Part shown: in pieces, positions 39,693-51,447 of the stretch
How the letters are laid out: every line of letters begins with the position of its first letter
Numbering within the stretch: the first letter of the stretch is position 1
Assembly: GCA_002633005.1 (NCBI GenBank)
Contig: NMRA01000143.1
Span: 794,453-858,452 of the forward strand
Reading direction: 5' to 3'
DNA from: Phoronis australis
Lineage: Eukaryota > Animalia > Phoronida
Length of the DNA stretch: 64,000 nucleotides
Notes under the pieces: model-generated
The model's database searches: none
The model's input: only the letters and a program-made list of their open reading frames with translations
Told to the model about the DNA's origin: nothing
Translations under genes and position numbers: made by a program

Positions 39693-42600
39693 AATTGTGA
39701 ACCAAAGTATTGCATCTAGGAAAAATGTTAAGTTCGAAGTCACTACCAGCTTTGAAAGGAATTTCGCAGGATTTTTATGTGAATTTGATAATCCTACTTG
39801 CTGTGGCGACTTCATAGCGGCTTGAGATTTTTCTCAGGTCGCCAAACACAATCTGAGGTCGTCGTCAGTCAGCCTCTGTCTGTAAGTTGAACATTTCATC
39901 CAATATCATAATTAATTATAGATTTCTACCTGAAACGTGAACTTAATTCTGCTGTGCAAAATCAATTTAACGCATTTACTATGTCAAGTCTTGTCAATTG
40001 TTATAATAGCAGTGTTTAATAACATTTTTATTTTTGTTGGAGAGAGGCATATCTATTATTGCGTAAGTGTCTACATAGACTGATCGAAGCAACGTCGGAC
40101 AAAAAATAACAAACAGTAATTAAAGAACGTGAAGGCAAATATATTCTTGTATCTGATGTGTGACCATACGCAAAAGATGTGCATCGGTGGAAATCTTCAG
40201 TATTGACTTGTATGTTAGCAGTATTAACATGTCTCGTGTGTTCTAGATCAATGGCTTAATCCAACCGTTTAGAAGAAATTATTGTTCTAATGTCGCTAAT
40301 TAGTGACTGATTCCGTGCACTATTAAAACCACTTTTTAACTGAGGTCAATAGGGCAAAATCACCAACTAAATACCAACAAAAAGCGGAATCAACTCTTTT
40401 CTCAGTGTAAGCGTGTAGAATTACGAATCGCAACTGAACCGTCAAAATGTATAAAGTGACCTCCGCTAAAGGTTATTCCTTACACTGTATACATGTATGT
40501 AGCTTGCGCATTGTATATATTTGGCGGAATATCAGGAAAAAACGATTTTTGTATTGCTCGGTTGTACCAAAACGCTGGAACAAGGAATAATTGCTATGAT
40601 CATTCTTACCTAAATATCAACACATCATCAGCTACATTTTGCAGCGCAGTGGTAATAGAAGGTCAAATTCAAATTTTCTTGGTAAAGGACTTCAGTCCCA
40701 AAATGCAGCTGCTCACATAACACTGTTATACTGCTGTAAAATTCTAATGACAAATGTAAATTGGGACAGTTGGCAGTTGCAGAGGGTTTGTTTATGCTTT
40801 TTATGCTTATGCGTTTTGTTGGTTTATAGCTATTGAAATTTTAAATACTACTTAAAAAATTGGTCAAATTCGTCACCTAAAGAAAGAGCGAGTTTTTGGT
40901 ATTAACTTTGGCTTCCTTACGGCTTTGGTCCGAAACTGGCCGGCTAATCCTACAACTGGGCCCGTCTCCATGTTGAGTGATTCATCCAGCGTTTCACTAT
41001 GTACTCGGTTTTATCTGCCGTTAACTTTGAGGCCATTTTCGAACACAGTGTGGCGTGCATGTGCAGATGATTTTGTTTTCTCTAGTGGTTCATCTTTGTA
41101 TCAACTAAGGCTTATTACCAAAATATACTCTCATATGAGGAAGTGGGAAATGTTTCAACACTGGGTAATTAGTAGTTGCTCATGTTCTGTATGGTGACTC
41201 ATAAAAGTCAAAATATATGACAAACATAGTAACTCAAAATTTTTTAATGTCGGACAAAGTTTAATTCAGAGTAAACTTGTGACTGATACGACATGGCCCG
41301 AGTCAACACCATTTTCCGAGAAAAACTCTAAAACCTTGTAGGACACATTAAAAGCCGAACCGTAGAAAACATTAAATATAACATTCAACGATCCCAGTAT
41401 AAAAGTTACCAGAAACGTGTAAATAAGACAATGAACTCACGCATTGCAAATGATGCCAGCCCCATTGTGGCGATAGAAACAATATGACGGATTGTGTTGC
41501 CATGTGACGTCACATTTTTCGAGCCTATTATAGGGCTTAGGGTAGGTAAAGCAGGATTAGAACTGTGATCATCAAAGCTTTTTCGAAATACAATTTGTCT
41601 TTTTTTTGATTTTGCAGTACATTAGCCGCAAGAATAGTCACCTGTTTGCGTTAATGAAGCTAGCTGTGGGCACTGCCGCTGCCTACAGTAGCTGACACGC
41701 ATAACATGAAGCCATCTAGACTTGTTACAACACTTTCAATAGTTTACGATTTCTTTAAAAACAAATCTCCATGATCAAGCATCATCTGGCCTCTAATAAG
41801 ATGCCACACAGCAATTCCACTAGTCAGATTTGATCTTGTTGACAACTCTCATCCAAGTCGAGTAAACGAAGAACACAGATACATTGGTGTCATCATTTAG
41901 GATTAAGGCGATCTGCCCATTCCTTCCATTGCGAGTTTCACGACGAGTTTAATTGCTTGTGTCTAACATGGCCATGCTTGTAACGTCTCCTAGTTACTCT
42001 ACTATTCATTTTTTCTCTCTTACAGTGTCTCTTTCCCAAGCTGTCAACTAACTGAAACCCCTTCTATGCAACAAACTGTCATATCCCAACTCGCCAGCAT
42101 GGGTATCTCTGTGTCGTTGGCGACGAAGAATCAGCCGCTACACTCTGCAAGCATATGAACATGTTGACAGCTGCGGTAGTTAACACTCTGAGCATCAGAG
42201 AATTCAGTGATGTCGCCGACGTCTTACAAGACAGTGCAGGTGTAAAGAGCTGTTTCCATTCAAAGAGGAAAGCAGAGTTTTAATTTTTTTCATACATTAA
42301 GTTTTGAGGAGTTGGACATCAGCGTTTGTGCCTTAGAAAATGTACCAAACTCTCGTTACCCATGCACTGCCGAGGTTACGATATAATGCTACATGCTGTA
42401 TGTTATTCCCTATTGCAAAGGGAAATGATGCTCAGTCATATCGAAATTGAAATATCACGTCTGGAACAAATGGTCAAACATTCTGGAACGGGCCACTCGT
42501 CCCATATTCAGCTTTAATAACGCTTTCCTCTAAGTGCACTGTGTTTAGAGAGGGTGTAAAACAATTGATGTGCTTGGAGAAGGTGTAGAGGTGTAGAACA

Positions 42601-43875
42601 CTTAATAGTTAGTTACCTGGAGGTACACGTTCAAATTATTTTTTGTACGGGAAATCAACACCTGAATCATCACATTGCGGTAGTTTCAACAGCGCCTATT
42701 GATGCACAAGCCCTCCTGGACAGTCACTGCAACGCCACCTAGCTGAAAGTTGTCGCATCTAATGGAAGGAAGACTCTTGGATGACTAATAAACATGGACT
42801 GCATTTCCTAGTTATTCACATTCGCATATCGAAGTTGGTGATTATTTAAATCAAACTTACGTGCAATGTACTTTGTAATCTGTTTAGTCGGCAATAAAAC
42901 CGTCAAACTATTTCACGTTGAAATCGAAGCGACAGGTTGACATTGCTTAAGATGACCCGGGTGCAAGTTGACTTTTCACGGCCTGTCATTGTACCTTTTA
43001 TACATATACGTCCAGCATGGTCTCGTGAATCATGGTCTACCAGTGTCCTTGCAAACGAGGAAATGCCTTTTCAACGCAGTAAGGAACAAGTTGAGATCAA
43101 TTTTAAAATTGTACGTGGTCTAAACAGAAAGTTCATTCTTAGGCTGCTACTCGGGGTTAATACAGACGTTTTAGCTTATATACATTACCATTTCAATTTC
43201 AAAGTTGCATTTTGCTCTGTTAAGCTGGCTAAAAACTTAAATTAGATTTTTTGCTCTCCTTTGAGTTATAAGTAGAGATTATTACATGTTCTCAGTCGTT
43301 ATCCCCCGTATTCTATAGCCCGAGTGGATTTTGGAGACTTATCGCCCAAGAAACATTGCAATGAATCGATCTACCTTTCTCTACTCGCCTCCGGCTTAGT
43401 AACTACTTTCTTTATCAGACGCCCGGGGTCGGAGGTCGTGACCTTTTAGAAAAGCCGAGCTATTTTTGTCAAATAATGCTTTTACTCAAAACCAATTGAA
43501 AATTGAAACAAAATGGAAAGAAAGTGAATCTATAAATTAAGGTTTAGCAACTATTATACATGTAGCTTACTACACATTTTATCATGCTAAGCTTCGACCG
43601 AGAAAATATCGTCTGCTAAAGTAGGTTGCCACTGGTAACTGAGTATAATGCTCAAGTAGAAGGATCCCGACAACACGATACCCGCATTCAAATTGGAGAT
43701 CGGTGATTTACAAGTGAGAGAAAATGAGAGATAAATTTCACTGAATTATCGTTTTTATGGAAATTATGCGTCTTACTTTTCATAACGTATATATGTCGCT
43801 ACATTGCCCTTTGTTGAACATGCGATTGTTGCGCGTGCTCATTTAAGTATTCTATTTTCACGTTCGATGACGTCA

Positions 43876-43950
43876 GCGAATGTGTGTTGCAGTGGTAAAG
43901 TTGACGACTCGAAACCCATGCGGCCGGGTTCGAAACCGGCCTCGATTCCC
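43876..43950 (+). mobile_element. tRNA-like head (second SINE family or tRNA pseudogene)
   Basis: A-box-like tgttgcagtggtaa and a T-arm gccgg-gttcgaaa-ccggc. The acceptor stem does not pair, so it is not called a tRNA. Confidence 0.45.
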
Positions 43951-44140
43951 GCCAAAATATTATCTCACTAGTCAGATAACTAAATGGGTTATTACATGGT
44001 TGTATTGGCCATTCGAGGCTAATGCCGTGGTACAATATTCCTTACACTAATAGGAATCCATTTCCTTTACCAACTACTCAAGTTACACGAAATGTGAATT
44101 ATGGAACGAGAGAATACAGGCTTACAGTCACATAAGCATG

Positions 44141-45167
44141 TGCCTTATAGCCCCGCAATTAGGCGCATACGACTCAATGCGCTTCACTGCGTTTTTTTTG
44201 CAAGATTTTTTACTCAAATGTCCCGCATGCGTCTAAATTCTGCAACTGGGCACAGTCGGTGCTCCGGGTATAGGCGCACCTAGAGTGATTTTAAGAAATA
44301 CACTACATACATTTTATTTCACACAGCGTGAGGCGTTAGTGACGTTCTGGGGGAGTATAGGAACAGTTAAATTTTGCAAGATACATGTAGCAAGTAGCAG
44401 CATATGTTAATAAAAACAACGATGGATTTAAGTTGGCTTGACATGTTCCGGCGTTTATTGCATGTTCTTGAGCCTAGCAAGATGGCCAATATTTTTGCTT
44501 CTGAGGATGGGGTTTTAATAAACGCCGAAACATCTCAAGCCAACTTAAATCCATCGTTGTTTTTATTAACAGTTTTACACATTCTAAAAATACACAGTTT
44601 TAAAATTCATTGCAAGCTTTATTTTCAAGAACAACTAAGGTATACAATAACGCGTGATTCATCTCTTCATCTAAAATTACACTTAACTGCTACAACATTT
44701 TAACTGCAATCGAGACCTGATTGTTCATCCTTTCTACTACTGTGGCAGGTGATTTCATGTCTTATCCGAGTCTGCCGTGTCTGATTCGCTTTCTGTGTCC
44801 GAGGACGAAGTACTCGACGTCCGAGTCCAAGTCCATTGAGGTATAGGCGAGAGTCAGAGATCGACGACCGGTGTGATCCAAAGGAGATGGAGGGACTGAC
44901 CTTGTCATACATGTAGACTTATTTTCCCACCAAGATCAACAAGCAATACAGGTTCTTCGGCAGTACGTCATTACAAAGAATTTGCTGTATAATCCACGTT
45001 CAATTTAGGAGTGTTTTTTAAAATTTGAAGGTGCGCCTGTATCCGAAGCACCATAATCAACTCAAGTTCCACCCAAATGTCCCGACGTAGGCGCATACGC
45101 CTAAATCACGCAATTAGACGCAATTCTGCGATTAGGCAAATGCTCCTAATTGCGAGGTCATACGGTA
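44141..45167. mobile_element. Tigger/pogo-type non-autonomous element with nested sequence
   Basis: TIRs tgccttatagccccgcaattaggcgcat / atgctcctaattgcgaggtcatacggta (TACCGTA-type end). A second inverted pair is ggtgctccgggtataggcgcacct / aggtgcgcctgtatccgaagcacc. Confidence 0.6.
44497..44540 (+). ncRNA. Minimal type I hammerhead ribozyme motif (Penelope-type), probably partly decayed
   Basis: GCTT-CTGAGGA-TGGGGTTT-TAAT-AAACGCC-GAAA-CAT-CTC-AAGC shows stem I, the CUGANGA core, stem II, GAAA and an NUH site. An inverted partial copy lies at 44405-44459. Confidence 0.6.
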
Positions 45168-45574
45168 CTCCTAGAAAAAAAGATTAGGGACGCTGAGCAT
45201 AACAACACCCAAAGACATGATATTGTTACTCAGTACGATGACATCATCAAATGTTTTAGAAGAAACAAAACGTTACGTGGCATTCACTTACATGTACCCC
45301 AGACCAGAGCATGTTGCGTCACCGCGGATCCCAGCACAATCAACAAAAGGTTGTATTGAATAGGGGTCTGAATAGAACACCATTGCGTGTGGGTGTTTTT
45401 GCAGCTGCTTGAATTAAAAGGTGATTCTCGCGGTGACATGGACGAAAGCAAGCCAATACGCATAACAGTCCGTTACATTTGGCAACTTTATGGCAGTAGT
45501 GGGCTGAGAGCGATGTTCTTAACATACTGTAGGAACCAAAGTTACTTGTGCTACCGTTGAAGATAGATTTTAAG

Positions 45575-46100
45575 CTGAACTTAGTCAAACCTAGGATATC
45601 AACGTGGATGGAGCAGTTAAATTGGAAAAAGTTCATCAAAAGGCAACACCCGAGTTGGTCAAGGTATTCGTAGGAAAAGGCGGCGTACATGTAAACCATA
45701 GGCAGAGTGGTGGTAAATTTTCAGATACATTTGAATGGAGAAACAAAGGTACATGTAGGCGGATCCTAAGAGTTGTAGACCTCAAACTTTGTGACAACAC
45801 AGCACGGCGGAAAAAATCTGAGTTGACCGTTCAGAAGATGGGAAACGTGAACGTGATGAGACTATTTGCACTCGCTTCCCCATCAGCAGCACTTCCTACT
45901 AAACTGAACTAAGTCAAACTTGGGATATCAACGTAAATGTGAAAGTATAGGTGCGAAAAGTTCATCATAAGACAACACCTGACTTAGTAATGGTATCCGT
46001 ATCATAGGCTAGGTTTTGGTGAATTCTCAGGTACATTTGATGTCATGGAACAAGAGTAGGCCCGCCCCAGGAAGTGAAGATATGAAACATTGCGACAACA
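45575..46100 (+). repeat. Diverged direct duplication (period about 330 bp)
   Basis: tgaact.agtcaaac.t.ggatatcaacgt...gaaaa.gttcatca.aag.caacacc.ga at 45576 and 45905. Confidence 0.75.
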
Positions 46101-46697
46101 AAGTAGGTACGCCGATAGGGTAGGAAATGGGCACAGTGGTTTCTCGTTAAATGTTTAGTCAACCCAGGAGTGTACGCTAAGTTTTATTGCGTAGAGAATC
46201 AACGGTCGCGAAATGTACCCACTTCGCCAACACATATCGTGCTCCAAGGAAGCGGAGGAAAGCATCAAGAAAATAATGTACACTGCATGCGCAATACAAG
46301 AATTAAAACTTTGTATGACCATCACATTTGACATTGAAGAGGCTATGTTTACTGCGTAGCTAAAGAATGCGATTTTCCACGATGGAACAATGATACTTAT
46401 GGAGTCGGACATGAGGAGGTTTGGGAGAAGTTTAACCTAGAGCCCAAAATAACGGAAGCTCACTCAAAATGTGGCACGCCATTCGCCAGTTTCCGAACCA
46501 GATCTACAGTAAAGTTTCGTGGTTACACGAGCGGTCACCTACCAGCGATGGTGGAATAGACTAATGCAACGTCTTGTACACGTACACATTGTATCATTAT
46601 GACGCGCAAGACATCGATTTACGTACATGTTTGTGACGTGAAAAGTACGTGCATAATATCAATAATTTTGTTTGTTAGACTTACAAAAAACAAGAAA

Positions 46698-46861
46698 ATG
46701 ACAGACCCACTTTCAGCGATTCAGTCAAAAGTTTTGGTGGGGAAAATGAAGAAAATAAAGAAGAAGCAGCGCGTTGTGAAACCGCCATTCGACTGTGTGG
46801 CGTCGACGGCGACAAAGTTTGAAGCCGAAAGCACAACGGATTGCAAATTTATTAAGTTAAG
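46698..46861 (+). CDS. CXorf65-like: CXorf65/C22orf15-family gene, coding exon 1 (MTDPLSAIQ...TTDCKFIKLR)
   Basis: ATG in gaaaATG context, with an acceptor-like tttgtttgttag ending at 46678. The frame is open to AG|gtataa (phase 2). Splicing to 53025 gives FIKLR-LHDDHIIIVNANC, matching the family N-terminus as I recall it (MFIFIKHGDNQQFLVNTNC / MFIKVMFGAGCSVLVNTSC). Confidence 0.72.
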
Positions 46862-48569
46862 GTATAAACCATAAATCATTGCAAGAGTTGCACGTACTTT
46901 AGAATGACGGTCACGAAGAGTATTTGTTTCCACAACTGATATTTGTCGGTCTATCATTATAATTGTAGTAGTGAAGCAGCACGAATTAAATTGCGCGAGG
47001 GCTCATATTTTCGATTCCCAAGCACGTGTAACCTGAATAGTTGCTATTGGTCTTTCTACTCCTTTTGACACATTCGAACTCAAGACTGCGTTAGACATTT
47101 TGTGGAATAGGTGTGGGATCTAATCGTCCTGCCTGAATTAGTTAATTCTTACCTGTATTCCAGTTCCCTGCTTGTTCTGTCCAATGACTCTTTTTCAGTA
47201 GTAAAACAAATCGTGTCAAAGAGTGCTTGGAGATTGTTGTGTTGACCAGGAGTCCAAAAAAACACATACTGAGTCTAATGACACTTTTCATTGGAGTTAG
47301 GCTATCCGGCTAATCATTGTATTTACCGAGCTTTTCACCGACGTGGGGAAATGGACATCAATAATGAGAAGCCCATTTTCAAAGTTGAATTGGTGGATCC
47401 TTTGATATTCTCCTTGAACAACACGATAAGGAGGAAGCTTTTGCATTCCGGTTATCGCAAAAAATCTCCAAATTTAAAATTGCCTCCTTTAAGTAACTGA
47501 CAATAATGCTGGTCTAATCAAAATATGAAACACCTATTGTGTTCTTTTAAATAACTCGTCAGTCCATCTGACTCGAAAAATACATCATATTGTCATGTCA
47601 ATGTTATGTAAGAGTACAACTCCCGTCTGCTTTGGGTTATAGAAATAGCCTACCTTTTAGAACACTGTGGCACTAGGGATTGCGTAGGCATTAAAAATGT
47701 GACCATTGTACCTAACGGATGCACCTAAAAATAGGGCCGTCCCGGATTATATAGCGACACTCAAACCTCGCTGTGTTTACCAACAATGCCGTAAACATCC
47801 GTTAGGCACTTTAGTTGCTTCGTATTCATGCCATTGCCGGAAGTGTCATGTGTTGTTTGTTGTTGTCTGATTCTTAATATTTTTTTCTGAGTTGCATTAC
47901 TCAGTTCATCTTTCCAATGCCAACAATGTATTACTGCTGTGCTTTGGTCTGAAACTCCGACGTGAGCAAGTTTGATAAACTGAACAAATACCCGTGAATG
48001 TGTGACCGGAAATTCTTGGCTTTTCCGACATGAGTGAGAGACACGAAAATGTACATGATTTCCAAAACTAGGTCAAGCACTTTCTTATCTCCGGCACAAA
48101 GGATACATGTACTCCAGTTGCCAAAACTTGACCCTGCGATGTTGTTTACTGTAAAGTTTTCTTTTGAAAATTTATTATATGTGGTTAAGAGAACAAAATT
48201 AACTTGGTTGCACTTTGTGCAACTTTGAGGATTTTTTATAATTTAAGATGGTGGCTTCCACCATCTTGGCTTTCGCCTAATTTCCACACTCTGTACATGA
48301 TACCATGTAGGATCCTGCAATTCATGATTTCCAATGTTTTTGGGGACGGAGAGTCCATTTCTGATATTATTTTATGGATGCAAGGTCAAAGTCAAGGTCA
48401 AATGAGAGGTCAAAGGTCACGTTGAACTGAAACTAGGAAAATTCATCTCTTAAATTCATGGGAAATGCGTAATTATCCTTCCTGGGATTCCATTATATCA
48501 AAAATAAGGGATAGCTAAATACTGGAAAAAGATATCCACCCAACATCTCAATAATTAGCTTAAAATATT

Positions 48570-48763
48570 GTTGCACCAGACCTACTCATGCCGCTCAGGA
48601 AGGCCCATCATAGTGATCACCTTGGACCATCTTTATGCTTTATTAGTTGAAACAGAGCTGACGAGCTAGGGACTTGCCTGACTCAAGCGACCAGCAGTGT
48701 ACCCCGTGTGACTCGAAAACACAACCTTGAGTAGAGGAAGGACACTAGGCCACACTGCCTCCT
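48570..48763 (-). mobile_element. tRNA-derived SINE, copy 3, nested in the Academ-like element
   Basis: Reverse complement begins gaggaggcagtgtggcctagtg...ttcgagtc and continues aataaagcataaa...ggtgatca...ctgagcggc, as in the other copies. Confidence 0.65.
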
Positions 48764-48957
48764 CATAGTAAATATGGATATGTGTATAGATTACGCGCAA
48801 TCCGTTCCATTCCCCTCTCCATTTGAGTTTTGGCTTCTACTGGCACATTAGACATCCCATAAATCATGAGCTCGAAGACGTCAGTGTTGTCACACGTGAT
48901 TCTAATGATGTGGGTGCCTTCTTCCACCACTTTCATGCTTTCACTCCACTGCATCAC
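48763..48957 (-). pseudogene. Academ transposase fragment (XPG/PIN-like DTDV motif)
   Basis: VVEEGTHIIRITCDNTDVFELMIY resembles the V.v.sDDTDVfvLl motif that follows HEEAD in Academ transposases (recalled, not searched). Confidence 0.55.
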
Positions 48958-49232
48958 ATTTTCTGTTCACCACCTTCATTCCACATGACTTACATGTATG
49001 TTCTCCATAGCAGTATCAATGGGGAGCACACCCATTGGAACTCTTTAACCACATGACCACTTAATTGCTCGGCTCCCATTAAAATGTCCCTAATAATCCC
49101 AGAACCTTTTACTCATTTAATATACAGTATGCCTGTTCTTCGAATTGGTCAGCTTTTACTTCAGTCTTGTCATCCAAGCATTGACAGCTGTCTGCAGCTT
49201 CGAGTAGATCTTTTTGACATTATTAATTGGCG

Positions 49233-50410
49233 AAATAAATTTCGCCAAGTATGTTGCTCTTCCACTAATTTTTTTTTTGTTTGTTCGCACGATACAGGTC
49301 GCAATTTTCGTCCGATCATCACGAAATTTACACATAACACGTAGTTCCGGAAATACAGGAAGCCTATTGTTTTTCGTCAAAATCGGATCCAAGATGGCGG
49401 CTGTGGCGGCCATTTTGTTATCATTTAAAGGTTCAAATGCTTCTGGAGGCTACAATTCTGCACAGTAAATGGACCTGGAGTTTTCTACAAGTATACCGGA
49501 AATTGTTTACTTCCGGTTAAAGATGGCGGAAATATCGGCGATCGCGCATGCGCACCTCGATTTTGGCCTAAAAATGTTTTCTCCTCTAGAGGGCGCATTA
49601 TCAGACCAATTCCTTCGAATTTTTACAGGTATTAGTTTCTTATGACATGCTATTATACAAGGCAAAAAAAGCGGAAGTTGCTTTCAAGATGGCGGATCTG
49701 GCGCATGTTGACCCATTTTCAGTCGTGCTGGAGTGCGATTTTAAACGGGAAGAGAAAAAGACGTGATTTTTTGCATGTGGATTTTTTGAAGTATATCCTT
49801 TCAAATGGCCTGTAACACTTTTTTCTCAGATTTACCGTTTTCGAGTTATTTGACTTTGAATTTATTAAAAAAAACGCAAAATTTCATTTTTTTCCAAAAA
49901 TTTACGGAATTAGGCGATACCATCAGTTTAGATAGAATTTTGAACGGGCTTTCAGAAGATGTTTTCCGTTTTTCGCAAGAACGTCGACTTTTCGAGTTAT
50001 TTGAGAATTTCTGATAACGCTGTTCCTTTGTTGAACGCTCTTGCTGCATTGATGTTGGTTTATCTTCTATTGAACTAGACTGTAGCCTATTTCTTATTGA
50101 TTTATGACATCTAAGTTCATCATATGAATGTTGTGATGTTGTTCATCATCGCCACCACATTCGTCATATTCGTCATCATCGTCATCATCTTCGTCATCAT
50201 CTCCGTCGTTGTCTTTTCCATTAATTTCGCCAAGTGTCGCACAAGACTATAGCCTTTTTCTTACTGATTTCGGACTTCTACGTTCGTCAAGTGTATGTTA
50301 TTGTTACTTCTTTTGTTCATCCTCGCCACCATCGTCGTCATAATCGTCATCTTCGTCATCATCTTTATCGTCATCTTTTTTGGTTAATTTCGCCAAGGTT
50401 CGCTCCTCGG
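49233..50410 (+). mobile_element. Helentron/HINE-like non-autonomous repeat, nested in the Academ-like element
   Basis: The head motif aatttcgccaag occurs three times (about 49237, 50223, 50385), there are internal aagatggcgg repeats, and (TCA/TCG)n microsatellites at 50140-50215 and 50315-50375. The class is inferred from architecture only. Confidence 0.4.
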
Positions 50411-51238
50411 AGCGCTTTCATTGGACAGGTGCTCCACACACAGCAAACTTCAATATAAACTTCGAAATAACTCTGACAAGCTGCTAAATTGATATAAACT
50501 TCTTGCCAGAAATGTTTGGCAACTTAGTCGAACATTTATTGCACGTTTGTCAACTTTTGTTGTAGTTTAGGTTGACGTTATTGCGCCAAGCCGTTTATTG
50601 TTTATTTACAACTGGAGCTACGTGCAAATTGTGAAAATTAAGACAACGTACAACATGGATGCGCTATCGTACTCTAGTCGAAAAGAAGTTCCACTTTGTT
50701 TGGTTTATTTTGAAAACTGCTGCACCAGCGCAGGTACCGTACACAGTTTTGCTGACCTGCTACGAAGAAATGTGTCAACATCTCCTTGAGACAGGATTGT
50801 TGAAGGAGCATTTTTAGGTAAAACATCCGATCTTCATAAGACTTTGTCCCGTTTGATTAGACATTGAGTAACAGCATATGGCTTTGATGAAATTGTATGC
50901 CTACAGAGCATCGGTTCTAGCCTTTCCATTAACTATACTGAAGTATAACAGGTTGATACCCCGATGGCCCATGCCACCATTCCGAAAAAACAGCTACTAC
51001 GAAGGTCCGCTACTTCGAAAAAAACACCGTTACTACCATTTTTTACTCGATCTTCCTAAATGTTTTCAAAATTTCACGAATGGTTTATTCATATGTTACT
51101 TACTAACAAAATACCAACACAAAAAATAAAATTGGAGAATGAAGTCTTATTTCTGAAATTATAACTGTCTTTGTAGTTAACAACTCTTGTATCCTATCTT
51201 CTTTGAAGTTCGCTTGATCGAGAGAAAATGTATAATAT

Positions 51239-51447
51239 CACGTGCGTGCACCCAAGGCGGGGGGCTCGGGGGGCTCGAACAAGCCCCCCATTTGGTGAAG
51301 TGGAAAAAAGGTCCGCCTCAAAACAACAATATGTCCAAGAAAACGAGACAAAAGTCCACTAAAAAGGCGCAAATGCACAATTCATAGCCCTGAAAGTGAT
51401 GTACCAAAAATTTTAGCCCCCCATATTTTAGATTGGGTGCGCGCATG
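51239..51447 (+). mobile_element. hAT-like MITE, sister of 29051-29303
   Basis: Ends cacgtgcgtgcaccca ... tgggtgcgcgcatg, with homologous interior. The TSD is not clean. Confidence 0.65.

Noticed and set aside
43876-43950. tRNA-Ser(CGA) gene
   Set aside because: The acceptor and anticodon stems do not pair and there is no long variable arm.
554-45912. Remaining 60-120 aa ORFs as a prokaryote-style operon or defence system
   Set aside because: They are short, overlap on both strands, often use non-ATG starts, and show no recognisable domains, as expected by chance in non-coding eukaryotic DNA.
46155-46440. Divergent neighbouring gene or extra upstream coding exon
   Set aside because: The + frame is interrupted by a stop and neither strand shows a recognisable domain.
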